From assembly GCA_029260215.1 (NCBI GenBank), contig JAJDDQ010000078.1, forward strand, positions 1 through 64,000: DNA of 64,000 bases. Direction: 5' to 3'. Of the stretch, positions 47,073-56,861 are shown piece by piece; position 1 is the stretch's first letter, and each line of letters opens with the position of its first letter. Under the pieces are notes generated by a model. That model was not told the DNA's origin and made no database searches. It saw nothing but the letters and a program-made list of their open reading frames with translations. The DNA comes from Phycisphaerae bacterium. Lineage in GTDB: Bacteria > Planctomycetota > Phycisphaerae > UBA1845. The position numbers were made by a program, and so were the translations under genes.

Positions 47073-47723
47073 ATGCATCACAAAGGTCGAATCGCTCTTT
47101 CGGTATTTTCGTTGCGTGGTTTTTTCGCGAATTGTCGCGTTGCGATTTTCGCTGGCTGTGTGTTGGCCATGACCGGGTGCAGGGCGAGTCCCGCATCTCT
47201 TGCGCTCATGTTCGTCGGCGACGCCATCAGCGATGCCGAGGTCAAGGATCGTGCGCCGAAAATCGTCGGCAAGCCCGGGGCGGCTGCGGATGCCATGTTC
47301 GGCGAACGTGTTGAAACGATCGAGACCGACGGGGACAGGGTTTTACAAGTCTATGAGGTCAAGGGAGAGATTCTGTCCGAGTCCCGCTACGTCGTTGAGA
47401 CGAGAAACGGGACGATCGTAGCGCTGACCAAGACGAAGTACGACGCTGACGGCGTGGAGGATCTTATCGAAGGATCGGCTTTGAAGGACAAGCTGATCGG
47501 CAGGGGGCCGGCGTTTTGCAGTACGGAGGGTGAACTGGGTCGCCCTGTGCTCAGAGGCAAGAGCCTCGACACGGGCGAAGACGTATACATGTACGACGTG
47601 AAGAACTGGACCAATCTTCGCAACGCGCGCTACGCCGTTCTGCGCTTTCGGGATGGCAAGTGTTCGGAGCTTCGTCTGATCGGCGTTTCAGCCTCGACCA
47701 AGAAAAATCCGATTCGCAAGTGA
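47073..47723 (+). CDS. hypothetical lipoprotein
   Basis: MHHKGRIALSVFSLRGFFANCRVAIFAGCVLAMTGC is a signal peptide with a lipobox. RBS AAGGA/GGAG lies upstream. Within track ORF 46959..47723. Confidence 0.5.
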   Translation: MHHKGRIALSVFSLRGFFANCRVAIFAGCVLAMTGCRASPASLALMFVGDAISDAEVKDRAPKIVGKPGAAADAMFGERVETIETDGDRVLQVYEVKGEILSESRYVVETRNGTIVALTKTKYDADGVEDLIEGSALKDKLIGRGPAFCSTEGELGRPVLRGKSLDTGEDVYMYDVKNWTNLRNARYAVLRFRDGKCSELRLIGVSASTKKNPIRK

Positions 47724-47763
47724 TGTGGCCGCTTTGTCGGAGCGTGCGAGTCGGACAAACTGT

Positions 47764-48720
47764 TTACGGTAACGGGCTGCGCTGCGATGCTTCCCGAGCA
47801 AGCAAGGCTGCGCCCACCAATCCCGAATAATCGCCGAGCGCGTTCAACTCGACGCGAACATTTTCAGGTTTCAGTGAACTGGGCACCTGCTCGTACAGAC
47901 GTGAGGCTGTGTGAACGATTGAGGGGATTCCTCTCGCGACGCCGCCGCCAATAATGATCGTGTCCGGTGCGTACACGTGCGTGATTTGCACAAGAGCGGC
48001 ACACAGCGGGCGGGCCAACTGTTGAATCAATCGTGCCGCGCTTGTGTCACCATTCTGGAAGCGAACTTCGATTTCGCCAAGATCGTCACCAATTTCCATC
48101 GCGGCGGCGGCATGGCGGATTGCGGGGGCTGCCACCAGCGACTCAAGGGTTCCGCGGACGCCGGTGTTGCAAAGCGGTGCGTCGTCGGCTGTGTCACAGA
48201 TCAGATGCCCGAGGTGCCCGGCGCTGTGGTGCGTGTGGCGAAGCGGTTGCCCGTCGAGGATGACGGCTCCGCCGACGCCCGTGCCGAGGGTTAGATAGAC
48301 GAAACGTTTCGGTCTTTTTTCGTAGGCACAGAATTCCCCCCAAGCGCCGGCGACCGAATCGCAATCCAGGATCGTGATCAAACCAGTCCGTTCGACCAGC
48401 CGATCGCGCAACGGCAGGCCGACCAGAAACGGCAGATTGACCGCGTGAATGATGGCTGACCGCCCGGGTTCGAGTACGCCGGGCAGTCCGACACCCATCG
48501 CCTCCGGCGCGGGGAATGAATCGGTCTGCTGACGGCAAAAACGATAGGCATCCTCAAGCCATTGAACGATATCCTCACCATCGTTGCCGATGGGGGTCTC
48601 TCCGCAAAGGTCCGCCATTACCCGGCCGAACGCATCGACGATGGCCAACCGCGTAAACGTACCGCCGATGTCCACGCCAACGTAGTTTTTGGTTTCGTCC
48701 GTCTCGTGTTTGTGTCCCAT
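47764..48720 (-). CDS. ROK family sugar kinase (glucokinase/GlcNAc-MurNAc kinase-like)
   Basis: VGVDIGGTFTRLAIVD is the ROK N-terminal ATPase motif. CxCGxxGC-like Zn motif is also present (HHSAGHLGHLICD). Confidence 0.8.
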   Translation of the reverse strand: MGHKHETDETKNYVGVDIGGTFTRLAIVDAFGRVMADLCGETPIGNDGEDIVQWLEDAYRFCRQQTDSFPAPEAMGVGLPGVLEPGRSAIIHAVNLPFLVGLPLRDRLVERTGLITILDCDSVAGAWGEFCAYEKRPKRFVYLTLGTGVGGAVILDGQPLRHTHHSAGHLGHLICDTADDAPLCNTGVRGTLESLVAAPAIRHAAAAMEIGDDLGEIEVRFQNGDTSAARLIQQLARPLCAALVQITHVYAPDTIIIGGGVARGIPSIVHTASRLYEQVPSSLKPENVRVELNALGDYSGLVGAALLAREASQRSPLP

Positions 48721-48796
48721 CTGAATACCTCGCCGCACAGTTTGGCGTTTGCTTTCGACGGGTGCAACCTTGCTGTGATTGGATTAGCCTGCTTGA

Positions 48797-50269
48797 ATGG
48801 CCGCGATTGATGCTTTGGTGTTGGGAACGTATTTCGTCGGGATTCTCGCGGTCGGGTTTTGGGCCGGTCGCGGTGAGCGCGACAGCGAGGATTTCTTCCT
48901 CGGCGGGCGGAATCAGCATTGGCTTGTCGTTGGGCTGTCGATTCTCGCGACCGAGTTGTCGGCCATCACGTTTATCGTCGTGCCGGGCACCGCTTATCAC
49001 GGGGATTGGTCCTACCTGCAATTGTACGTCGGTGCCTTCATCGGGAAGCTCGTCATCGTGCAGCTGCTGCTCCCTGCGTTCTATGGCGCGCGGGTGACGA
49101 CGGTGTACGAATTTCTGGGTCAGCGATTCGGGCCTTGGACACGGACGACGGCTTCACTGCTTTTCTTCGCTTCACGCATCGTGGGAAGCGCCTTGCGTCT
49201 GTTGGCCGCCGCGATCGCGATCAGCATTGTGTTCGATTGGCCTCTGGTGACGGTGATCGTTGGTTGTGCGGTGGTGGCGATGGCGTACGCGACGTTTGGG
49301 GGGATCAAGGCCATCGTGTGGACGGACGCGCTGCAGGCAGTCGTTTTCCTTGTGAGCGCGACGGCAGCTTTGGTCTATCTGTTCGTTACGACGCCTGGGT
49401 CGGTTGTCGAGAATCTTCAATTCGCCCACGACGCTGGCAAGCTGCGCGTGTTCGACTGGAGTTTGAACCTCAACGACGAAAGCGCGTTCGTCGTTCTGTT
49501 CGTTCATACGTTGTTCCTCAACGCGGCTGTGTTCGGCACGGATCAGGACATGACACAGCGCATGCTCACCTGTCGCGATATCAAACAAGGGCAGCGCTCG
49601 CTGATGTTCAACATGTTCATCGGGCTTCCGGTGGTCTGCCTGTTCCTGCTCGTCGGCGTCATGCTGTGGGTACACGATGCAGCCAACGGCACCGCGAGCG
49701 TTACGGAAGCCATGAACGCGAACGTGGTGTTCCCGCACTTCATCGCCAACGGTCTGCCAGCCGGCGTGGGATTGCGTGGGCTGTTACTGTCCGGCCTGTT
49801 TGCGGCTGCGATGTCGAGCCTTGATTCCGCTTTGGGTGCGTTGTCTTCGAGCGCGGTGGTTGATTTCTATCGCCCTTACTTTGCGCCGAAACGTTCGGAA
49901 CGACATTATCTTCGCGTCGCCCGATTGTTTACAGTCGCGTTCGGTTTGATCCTGGTTGCCGTCGCGATCGGTTTCATCGGTTCGAATAATCTTCTGTGGG
50001 CGGTGTTCGAGTGGGCGGGGTTGTTTTTTGGTGCCTTGCTCGGCGTGTTTCTGCTTGGCGTCACCACGCGAACCCGTGGCAGCGACCGGTTCAACGTGTT
50101 GGCGATGCTCAGTGCGATCGCCATCGTGGGCGCGCTCAAGCTGTGGCAGGATCCGAACGCGCCGATCGTAGCTTGGCCTTGGTGGATTGTGATTGGGACG
50201 GTGTGGACGTTCGCGGTCGGCGGACTATTTCGGTCGGGGGATATTGTCGGGGATGCAGCCGGTGTTTGA
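48797..50269 (+). CDS. sodium:solute symporter family (SSS) transporter
   Basis: About 13 TM helices with an SSF signature region (…GGRNQHWLVVGLSILATELSAITFIVVPG…). Confidence 0.85.
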   Translation: MAAIDALVLGTYFVGILAVGFWAGRGERDSEDFFLGGRNQHWLVVGLSILATELSAITFIVVPGTAYHGDWSYLQLYVGAFIGKLVIVQLLLPAFYGARVTTVYEFLGQRFGPWTRTTASLLFFASRIVGSALRLLAAAIAISIVFDWPLVTVIVGCAVVAMAYATFGGIKAIVWTDALQAVVFLVSATAALVYLFVTTPGSVVENLQFAHDAGKLRVFDWSLNLNDESAFVVLFVHTLFLNAAVFGTDQDMTQRMLTCRDIKQGQRSLMFNMFIGLPVVCLFLLVGVMLWVHDAANGTASVTEAMNANVVFPHFIANGLPAGVGLRGLLLSGLFAAAMSSLDSALGALSSSAVVDFYRPYFAPKRSERHYLRVARLFTVAFGLILVAVAIGFIGSNNLLWAVFEWAGLFFGALLGVFLLGVTTRTRGSDRFNVLAMLSAIAIVGALKLWQDPNAPIVAWPWWIVIGTVWTFAVGGLFRSGDIVGDAAGV

Positions 50270-51133
50270 GGCGAGTCGCGCTTCGGCTCCGGGGTGATCG
50301 AGGTTGGCGAAGTGCATGACGATCGCGGTCTTGACGCGACCGCCGGCGCGTTTGAGCAAGTCCACGGCATCCGTACGCGACAGGTCGGTGACCTCGCATA
50401 GAATACGCTCAGCCCGGTCGGTGAGCTTGGCGGCTGCACCGGTGTTCAGGTCGGTCATCAGGTTTCCGAAGACCTTGCCGATGGAAATCATGCTCAGCGT
50501 TGTGATCATGTTGAGGGCGAGTTTGGTGGCGGTTCCGGCTTTGAGGCGCGTGCTTCCGGTGATGATCTCCGGACCCGTCAGAATGCGAATGGACACGTCG
50601 GCGGTGTCGGGGGCTTGCTCAAACGGTACGCAGGCGAGAAAGACGGTCTTGGCACCGTCGCGTTTGGCTTGTGCGAGGGCACCGTGGACGAATGGTGTCG
50701 TTCCGCCCGACGCGATGCCGAGTACGACGTCGTTGAAATCGACCGTTTTGTCTGCAATGGCGAACGCTCCGTCGTCGGCTGAATCTTCCGCGCCTTCCGC
50801 GCTGCGACGCATTGCGTCCCATCCGCCGGCGATAATTCCCTGCACCATGTGCGGATCCGAGAGAAACGTCGGCGGGCACTCGGACGCATCGAGTACGCCA
50901 AGTCGCCCGCTTGTCCCCGCGCCGACGTAGATCAACCTTCCGCCTGCGCGAAACGACTCCGTCACCAAGTCGACCGTTTTGCAAATCGCGTTCCTGGCAC
51001 GCGCGACTGCCGCCGGCACGCTCGCGTCTTCGGTCGCCATGACATCGAACGCATCAGCCACCGACAGCGTGTCGATAAGTCGCGAGCGTTCGTTGCGTTG
51101 TTCGGTGAGAAGGTGTCCCCGGTCTTCATTCAC
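50225..51133 (-). CDS. murQ: N-acetylmuramic acid 6-phosphate etherase
   Basis: SIS domain LIYVGAGTSGRLGVLDASECPPTF with the catalytic Glu context, about 300 aa. Confidence 0.85.
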   Translation of the reverse strand: MNEDRGHLLTEQRNERSRLIDTLSVADAFDVMATEDASVPAAVARARNAICKTVDLVTESFRAGGRLIYVGAGTSGRLGVLDASECPPTFLSDPHMVQGIIAGGWDAMRRSAEGAEDSADDGAFAIADKTVDFNDVVLGIASGGTTPFVHGALAQAKRDGAKTVFLACVPFEQAPDTADVSIRILTGPEIITGSTRLKAGTATKLALNMITTLSMISIGKVFGNLMTDLNTGAAAKLTDRAERILCEVTDLSRTDAVDLLKRAGGRVKTAIVMHFANLDHPGAEARLASNTGCIPDNIPRPK

Positions 51134-52466
51134 GTTCGATACTCGATAGCTGCGTCAGTTCGATATCGTCGAAGTAGTGTCGCAGGATCTGTTCGTATTG
51201 GAAACCGTTGATGGCCATTCCAAGGGCACCGATCTGACACATGCCCGCGCCATGTCCCCAGCCCCCACCGCGAAACGTGAAGCGGGTCGGTTCGCCGGCG
51301 TTGTCTCGTGCAATATCAACCACGAACGCGCTGCTGTACAGAAACGAATCGCACAAAGCGTTGCGGATGTTGTACTGGTCTTCAATAATCGTGGCTACTT
51401 GGCGACCGTCTCTGTTGATGTAAACGATTTTCACTTCCACGGCTCGCCCACTGAACCCCCGTCGCGTCACGACGAGATCGTACACGCTTTGAAGGTCGAT
51501 GCCGTCGTCGCCGAACGTTGCGAAGTGTTTGCGACGGAGAATATCCGCGAATTCGTCGGGGCCGTAACTCACCTCCCAGCGGAATCGCCCGCAACCGTCG
51601 TCCACTCTGCCCAGGAATTTCGGCAGGTCGCCATCCGGCACAACGGAAGGGCTGCAGAACGCATCGCTTCCCTGCTGAAGATATTCCTCCATGTTCGCAT
51701 CCGCAATCGGGTACAACCCATGCAATGCTGTGCCCGGCGGTGCGTCGACCACGCTGCGTTGGCCGGGTTTGCGATTCGACCACACGTGTTCCGGCGATTC
51801 ACTCACACCGCCGCAGCTCTTGGAATAGTTCGCGTCGACAATCACGCGTCGCCGTGCGATTTCAGGGTCGGGCGCCGTCATAACGATACCGGCTGTCTTC
51901 TCGACTGCGCGACGTGCTGCATTGGTGATCGCCCCCAAACCTTGGAACCGCTGACAACAATCATCGTTGCAAAGATCGATGCCAAGATTGGCGTGTTTGC
52001 GCTCACTCGCAACCGCCGTCCAGGATCGGGCCACGACGCATTGTGCTTTGAGGAACTCGATCGGCGCATCGCCGCTCATCTCGGCTGTGATGACTCCTTG
52101 CAGGTACTGTTCAAGCGGAAGTTCGTTGACGATGAACAAATACCCGTTGTGACTCGTGATTTCAATCAACCCTGACAGGGCTGTGTCGATATGCCTGGAC
52201 CAGTGAAAACCGCGACCGGCTGGGCAATCATGGACGACGGTCTTCTGTGCAGCGTCCCGCGATACGATTCGGACGATGGGTTGCCCATCGGTGTGGACGC
52301 GACCGTCGTCTGCGTATCCGGCAACGCAATCGCCATGTGCGCGATAGGTGATACGATCTCCGTCTGATGTCCCGCCCGCCGGTGCAAGCGTCAGGTCCAC
52401 CGACGTAATCTTGTCTTGCGGAAGGATGATTCCGATCTTGATGTCGACGTCTGAATTCGTACTCAT
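51126..52466 (-). CDS. SpoIID/LytB domain protein (cell-wall amidase enhancer / lytic transglycosylase-like)
   Basis: LEQYLQGVITAEMSGDAPIEFLKAQCVVARSWT matches the SpoIID core (EEYL.GVV..EM…EALKAQAVAART). It overlaps the murQ start by 8 nt. Confidence 0.7.
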   Translation of the reverse strand: MSTNSDVDIKIGIILPQDKITSVDLTLAPAGGTSDGDRITYRAHGDCVAGYADDGRVHTDGQPIVRIVSRDAAQKTVVHDCPAGRGFHWSRHIDTALSGLIEITSHNGYLFIVNELPLEQYLQGVITAEMSGDAPIEFLKAQCVVARSWTAVASERKHANLGIDLCNDDCCQRFQGLGAITNAARRAVEKTAGIVMTAPDPEIARRRVIVDANYSKSCGGVSESPEHVWSNRKPGQRSVVDAPPGTALHGLYPIADANMEEYLQQGSDAFCSPSVVPDGDLPKFLGRVDDGCGRFRWEVSYGPDEFADILRRKHFATFGDDGIDLQSVYDLVVTRRGFSGRAVEVKIVYINRDGRQVATIIEDQYNIRNALCDSFLYSSAFVVDIARDNAGEPTRFTFRGGGWGHGAGMCQIGALGMAINGFQYEQILRHYFDDIELTQLSSIERE

Positions 52467-52518
52467 TTCTATCGTTGCGATTCAGGAACAAGGGAAACAT
52501 CAAGCCTCGGTGCCCAGT

Positions 52519-53034
52519 TTACGAACTTGGCGAGACGCATTGCTCATCGAGGAATTCTCTCCATCGATCTGTTTCCGCAAAATCTTTCAATATTCGATTT
52601 CGTTCAATGAGGAATGAACGCATGTATCTTGTTAGAAAAACGCGCTCCGCGATGCGGCCGAGAGCCCAGAGGGGGGCTTGAAACCTGAATTCATCCGTCA
52701 TTTCCGTTAGGCCGGAGATTTCTTTGAATAGGTGCGTGTGTTTCATGGATGCAAATGCGCCATCCACCATTTCATCCGTAAAAAACAAGGGACGTTCGAA
52801 TTCAGTTAATCTGATTTTCAACTGCTGCGTCACGCCGAAGTGTTTTGCTTGCCAAGTGACTTCCTCTCCCAGCCCGATAAGGCCGGTCGTCTTTCCCTCA
52901 ATCGCTACTTCTCTCGTGCCGGAGGTTGATGCCATGTGTGCGTCAATACTTCGGGATAAATCAAAAACTCGTTCTATCGGAGCGTTGACGATTGTTCTGA
53001 TGTTAATTAACGGCATAGCCTTCATACTCAGCAT
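52519..53034 (-). CDS. SRPBCC superfamily protein (polyketide cyclase/START-like)
   Basis: INIRTIVNAPIERVFDLSRSIDAHM… is a typical Polyketide_cyc2 N-terminus. GC is locally low (~48%). Confidence 0.6.
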   Translation of the reverse strand: MLSMKAMPLINIRTIVNAPIERVFDLSRSIDAHMASTSGTREVAIEGKTTGLIGLGEEVTWQAKHFGVTQQLKIRLTEFERPLFFTDEMVDGAFASMKHTHLFKEISGLTEMTDEFRFQAPLWALGRIAERVFLTRYMRSFLIERNRILKDFAETDRWREFLDEQCVSPSS

Positions 53035-53681
53035 ACGTCCAGGTCTTTCGCAATGTCACGCCCGCACTCTGGACAGCGAAGCCCGCCGGTGAGGCCAAAC
53101 AGATCGTAACCGCAACATTCGCACACGCGCAGCCCATACCGTGCCAGCGCCCGGCGGACGGACCTCAGGCGGCCGATCCTCGCCACGTCCCACGGCATGA
53201 TCCACTTGTAGATAGCGAAAATGAGAAAAACGGGTGCCGCCGCCGAAAACATGATTCGCCCGCCGGTGATACCAGAGGCTCCGAAGATCATCCACGGTAT
53301 CGGAATGATCAGCGGAGCGATGCTGTAGAATGGACGCACTTCATAGTGCAGCGCCGCGCCGTGTTCCGCCTCCTCGATTCGCAGCGCGATCCGTGTCCAT
53401 GAGTTGACCGAAGCCGTCCGCTGCCGGAAGTTGAAACCATCCACCGATTCACGCCCGATCAAGTTGTCGGCATCGAGCACGACTCGAACAGCCTGGCGAA
53501 TCTGTGCCGCGTCGGCGGTCGTTTGCCATCGTTCGCGAAGGATGGCGGGACCGTTTCGATAGTACCAGCCGGCAAAGCGGTAGTATGCAGCAGCCTCAAA
53601 CCAAAGGGCCATCTCGAAGACCACGATGAGGATCAGCGGCACAAGAAGGTCCGTCGGGATTCTGGAGAGAAACGAAGTCAT
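53028..53681 (-). CDS. membrane protein with C-terminal Zn-ribbon (family member)
   Basis: C-terminal segment is CECCGYDLFGLTGGLRCPECGRDI. There are 4 TM helices. It overlaps the SRPBCC gene by 7 nt. Confidence 0.55.
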   Translation of the reverse strand: MTSFLSRIPTDLLVPLILIVVFEMALWFEAAAYYRFAGWYYRNGPAILRERWQTTADAAQIRQAVRVVLDADNLIGRESVDGFNFRQRTASVNSWTRIALRIEEAEHGAALHYEVRPFYSIAPLIIPIPWMIFGASGITGGRIMFSAAAPVFLIFAIYKWIMPWDVARIGRLRSVRRALARYGLRVCECCGYDLFGLTGGLRCPECGRDIAKDLDVC

Positions 53682-53948
53682 GCTGTCCTCACGGCGACGA
53701 TCATCGTTGGGTCCGTGACACTTCCGGCGGGGCGGCCACGGTTTATCAGAACCGCGACACTGAGAGCGCCCAATGCGGAAGCACGAAGGGAGCGGCCGAG
53801 CCGCGAATGTGTTACACGTTTTTTCGTCCGTACCAGCCGTTCTGATAAGAGATTTCGAATTCCGCCTATGTTGTCACAAACCCACCATCGTCTCGCCGCC
53901 GATTAACCCGTGGTTGCCGAGCGCCCGGCGTGGTATCGTAATACGATC

Positions 53949-55001
53949 ATGCAGCTCTCGACGGCCCGCATCACCGTGCATACGCGACATCCATTTCGCA
54001 TCGCCCGCCCCGGTGCCAGTGTGGACGGCTGCGATGTGCATCGCGTTATTGTCCGCCTCGAACACCAAGGCCTCTGCGGATACGGTGAGGCTGCGCCGAC
54101 GCCCTATTACAACGAGTCGCTCGATTCTGTCGAGGAGGTTGTGCAACGAGTGCAACTTGAAGGCCTCCTCGGCGGCGACCCGCGCGACATCGAGGGAATC
54201 GTCACTCGATTGCTCAGCGCATTCGATGATGGGCGTGCAGCCGTCTCCGCTATCGACGCAGCTCTGCACGATTGGAACGGTCGCCGCGACAGCACACCTG
54301 TCTGGCGACAGTTGGGGCTGGACCCGTCGCGCACGCCGCCCACTTCGTTTACCATAGGCCTTGGTGACGCGGGGACGATCGAACGGAGAGTGCGTGAAGC
54401 CAAACCATTCGACATCCTGAAGATCAAAGTCGGCACGGATCGCGACGAAGAGATACTCGAAGCTGTTCGCCGTGCTGTTCCAACCAAAACGATTCGCGTC
54501 GATGCCAACGCTTCGTGGCGACCGGACGAAGCCCTCGCGAAAATTGAAGCGTTCGCACGTTTCAATCTCGAACTCGTCGAGCAACCTATCCCAGCCGCTT
54601 TGCACGAAGACCTCACGCGACTCAACAAGCGCAGCCCGATACCGATTTTCGTCGACGAGGACAGCGTTTGCTCGGAGGATTTGCCTCGATTGGCTGGTTG
54701 CGTCGCGGGTGTCAATGTCAAGTTGGCCAAGTGCGGCGGTATTCTCGAAGCGTTGCGCATGATCCGCCTCGCGCGAGAATTGGGCCTGAAGGTAATGCTC
54801 GGCTGCATGGTCGAAACTTCGCTCGGTGTATCCGCCGCAGCGCAAATAGCGTCGCTTGCGGACTTCGTCGATCTGGACGGATCGCTGCTGTTGGCCGACG
54901 ATCCGTTCCACGCCGTACGGATTGACGGATCGATCGTTCGCCCGGCCGACGGCGTTGGACTGGGCGCGAACGCTGGCTGTTTTTTCGAGGAGTCATCGTG
55001 A
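53949..55001 (+). CDS. L-Ala-D/L-Glu (dipeptide) epimerase, enolase superfamily (MR/MLE family)
   Basis: KIKVGTDRDEEILEAVR…IRVDANASW…LELVEQPIPA…IFVDEDS…VNVKLAKCGGI are the MR_MLE N/C motifs with the KxK…D…E…D…K catalytic pattern. Confidence 0.75.
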   Translation: MQLSTARITVHTRHPFRIARPGASVDGCDVHRVIVRLEHQGLCGYGEAAPTPYYNESLDSVEEVVQRVQLEGLLGGDPRDIEGIVTRLLSAFDDGRAAVSAIDAALHDWNGRRDSTPVWRQLGLDPSRTPPTSFTIGLGDAGTIERRVREAKPFDILKIKVGTDRDEEILEAVRRAVPTKTIRVDANASWRPDEALAKIEAFARFNLELVEQPIPAALHEDLTRLNKRSPIPIFVDEDSVCSEDLPRLAGCVAGVNVKLAKCGGILEALRMIRLARELGLKVMLGCMVETSLGVSAAAQIASLADFVDLDGSLLLADDPFHAVRIDGSIVRPADGVGLGANAGCFFEESS

Positions 55002-55999
55002 TACGCAGGATCGCGGTAATGCTGATTGTTGTCGTATCGACGTATGTGCTCGGCAGCACGTGCAACATGCCCGACCGGCGATCCGCCCCGTCATCCACGC
55101 GCGAGGACGACAGCATCATAGTCTGTGGCCAGCCGTTCCACACTGGATCGCGCGTCGTGCTCTGGCACGATTCCGGCGGCTTTAACGGTTATCTCAAGCG
55201 CTCGTTTCGCAAGCCAAACGTTGTTCTGCCAACCCATCCCGCACCGGGTTGCAATACGCCGGAACGCTACGGTGTGCGGGCATGCTTCCTCGACGAACAA
55301 AGCCAACCGACGAAGCCGTCGGCTCGCGCGGAGCGGCAACTTATCGAGCGGAACGTTGACCGAATCGTCATGCATTACGATGCAGCCGGAACGAGCAGCC
55401 GATGTTTCGAAATCCTGCACGACGATCGCGGGCTGAGCGCACACTTTCTTGTCGATCTGGACGGCGTGATCTATCAGACGCTGGATGTGCGCGAACGGGC
55501 CAGGCACGCCGGAACCTCGAACGACCGCTCCGTTGGCGTTGAGATTGCCAACGTCGGTGCCTACCGCTCACTCGAAGAACTCCGTGCCGCCATCGGTCGC
55601 GTGGACGCAGCCGGTTACGGAACCGCCTATCGACGCCTATTGGACGAAGGGCCTGTGACCGGAACGATCCAAGGACAGGAGTTGTACCAGTATCGCTTCA
55701 CGGACGCCCAATATATCGCCCTCGCGAATCTGACGCGTGCGCTGGGCGAAGCCTTGCCGCGCCTCCGCCCGGTGTTTCCCACGGAGGCCGGCGGCGAGGT
55801 TCGGAGCACGACGTTGTCGGAGCGGGATATTACGTCCTTTAAGGGCATCGTCGGGCATTGGCACGTAGCCACCCACAAGGTAGACCCCGGTCCGTCCTTC
55901 GATTGGCACAGGTTGATTCGGGAGTTGAACCGGGGCGGATCGGATCCGATCGGATCGGGCCGATCATCCTCCGTTGACGGAATCGACGTCGGGCGTTAG
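54998..55999 (+). CDS. N-acetylmuramoyl-L-alanine amidase, Amidase_2/PGRP (AmpD-like), lipoprotein
   Basis: IVMHYDAAGTSSRCFEILHDDRGLSAHFLVDLDGVIYQTLDVRERARHAGTSNDRSVGVEIANVG carries the Amidase_2 Zn ligands (H…H…). N-terminal signal is LGSTC. Confidence 0.8.
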   Translation: MIRRIAVMLIVVVSTYVLGSTCNMPDRRSAPSSTREDDSIIVCGQPFHTGSRVVLWHDSGGFNGYLKRSFRKPNVVLPTHPAPGCNTPERYGVRACFLDEQSQPTKPSARAERQLIERNVDRIVMHYDAAGTSSRCFEILHDDRGLSAHFLVDLDGVIYQTLDVRERARHAGTSNDRSVGVEIANVGAYRSLEELRAAIGRVDAAGYGTAYRRLLDEGPVTGTIQGQELYQYRFTDAQYIALANLTRALGEALPRLRPVFPTEAGGEVRSTTLSERDITSFKGIVGHWHVATHKVDPGPSFDWHRLIRELNRGGSDPIGSGRSSSVDGIDVGR

Positions 56000-56045
56000 G
56001 CTTTTTTCGTGGGTTTTCCGGTTTGCCGGTGTACCCGACACGGTC

Positions 56046-56118
<73 letters not shown>

Positions 56119-56399
56119 AATTCTGTAAACCTCTGTAAGTATTAGACTTATGGCGGCTTCTTGGTGGGTCGCAACCCGTCCGAGAATCCGATTTTCCGTC
56201 CGGATTAACCGCCCAAACATCTTGGCGACGCCTCCCGTATCGTCCAGACGGGGAATAGGCGCTCGCAATCGCCCTGCGTATTGTCGTGGTCGAGCCAGCT
56301 GGGCAGCTTAACGCGCTGATCTCCATCCGCTCTCGATCCTCGATCCCGCCGTCCGATGGCATCCCCGCCGCGACATCCAGCTTGCGGTTTGCCGCTCTT

Positions 56400-56723
56400 G
56401 ACCCGGGTAGCTGCGAATCAACCACCAAGTGGACGATATTCAACCACATTGCCCGCTTCCGCACGCAGGCAGGATGCGAGGCAGACATCGTTCTGGAGGA
56501 TCGGTCGGGGCGAATTGTCGGCATCGAAGTGAAGGTGGGTGCCACAGCTCGAACGATCTCAAGGGCTTGGAGGCGCACGGGTAAGCGGTTTCACCGTGGT
56601 ATCGTGCTGTACGCAGGTCAAGAGGCGATCCCATTCGGCTCGCGCATCCATGCGATGCCCATCAGTGCGCTGCGGGTTGGCAGCTCACAGAAATCTGGAG
56701 CGTCGGCTACGAAGAGGGAGTAG
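56400..56723 (+). pseudogene. C-terminal fragment of a COG1373/DUF4143-type AAA+ ATPase (truncated remnant next to tRNA-Phe)
   Basis: …ADIVLEDRSGRIVGIEVKVGATA…GIVLYAGQEAIPFGSRIHAMPISAL matches the C-terminal 100 aa of about 400-aa ATPases. No N-terminal P-loop region is present upstream. Confidence 0.45.
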
Positions 56724-56861
56724 AGGCGTTGCGGCAGGGTTTCTGCGGCCGGAGTGCCGAAGCGCGATACGCTTGATTCATGTAACGCCAAGCCGATCCT
56801 ACCCTGTTTTGGTGACCCGCTGCCTCATCCCTCGGCTCGCTGCGCTTGGATTGAAACCTCG

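Noticed and set aside
54990-55005. Apparent +/-1 frame inconsistency between line labels and the ORF track near the epimerase stop and amidase start.
   Set aside because: It is a coordinate or formatting drift in the printed sequence, not a biological frameshift. The ORF-track coordinates are self-consistent and were used.
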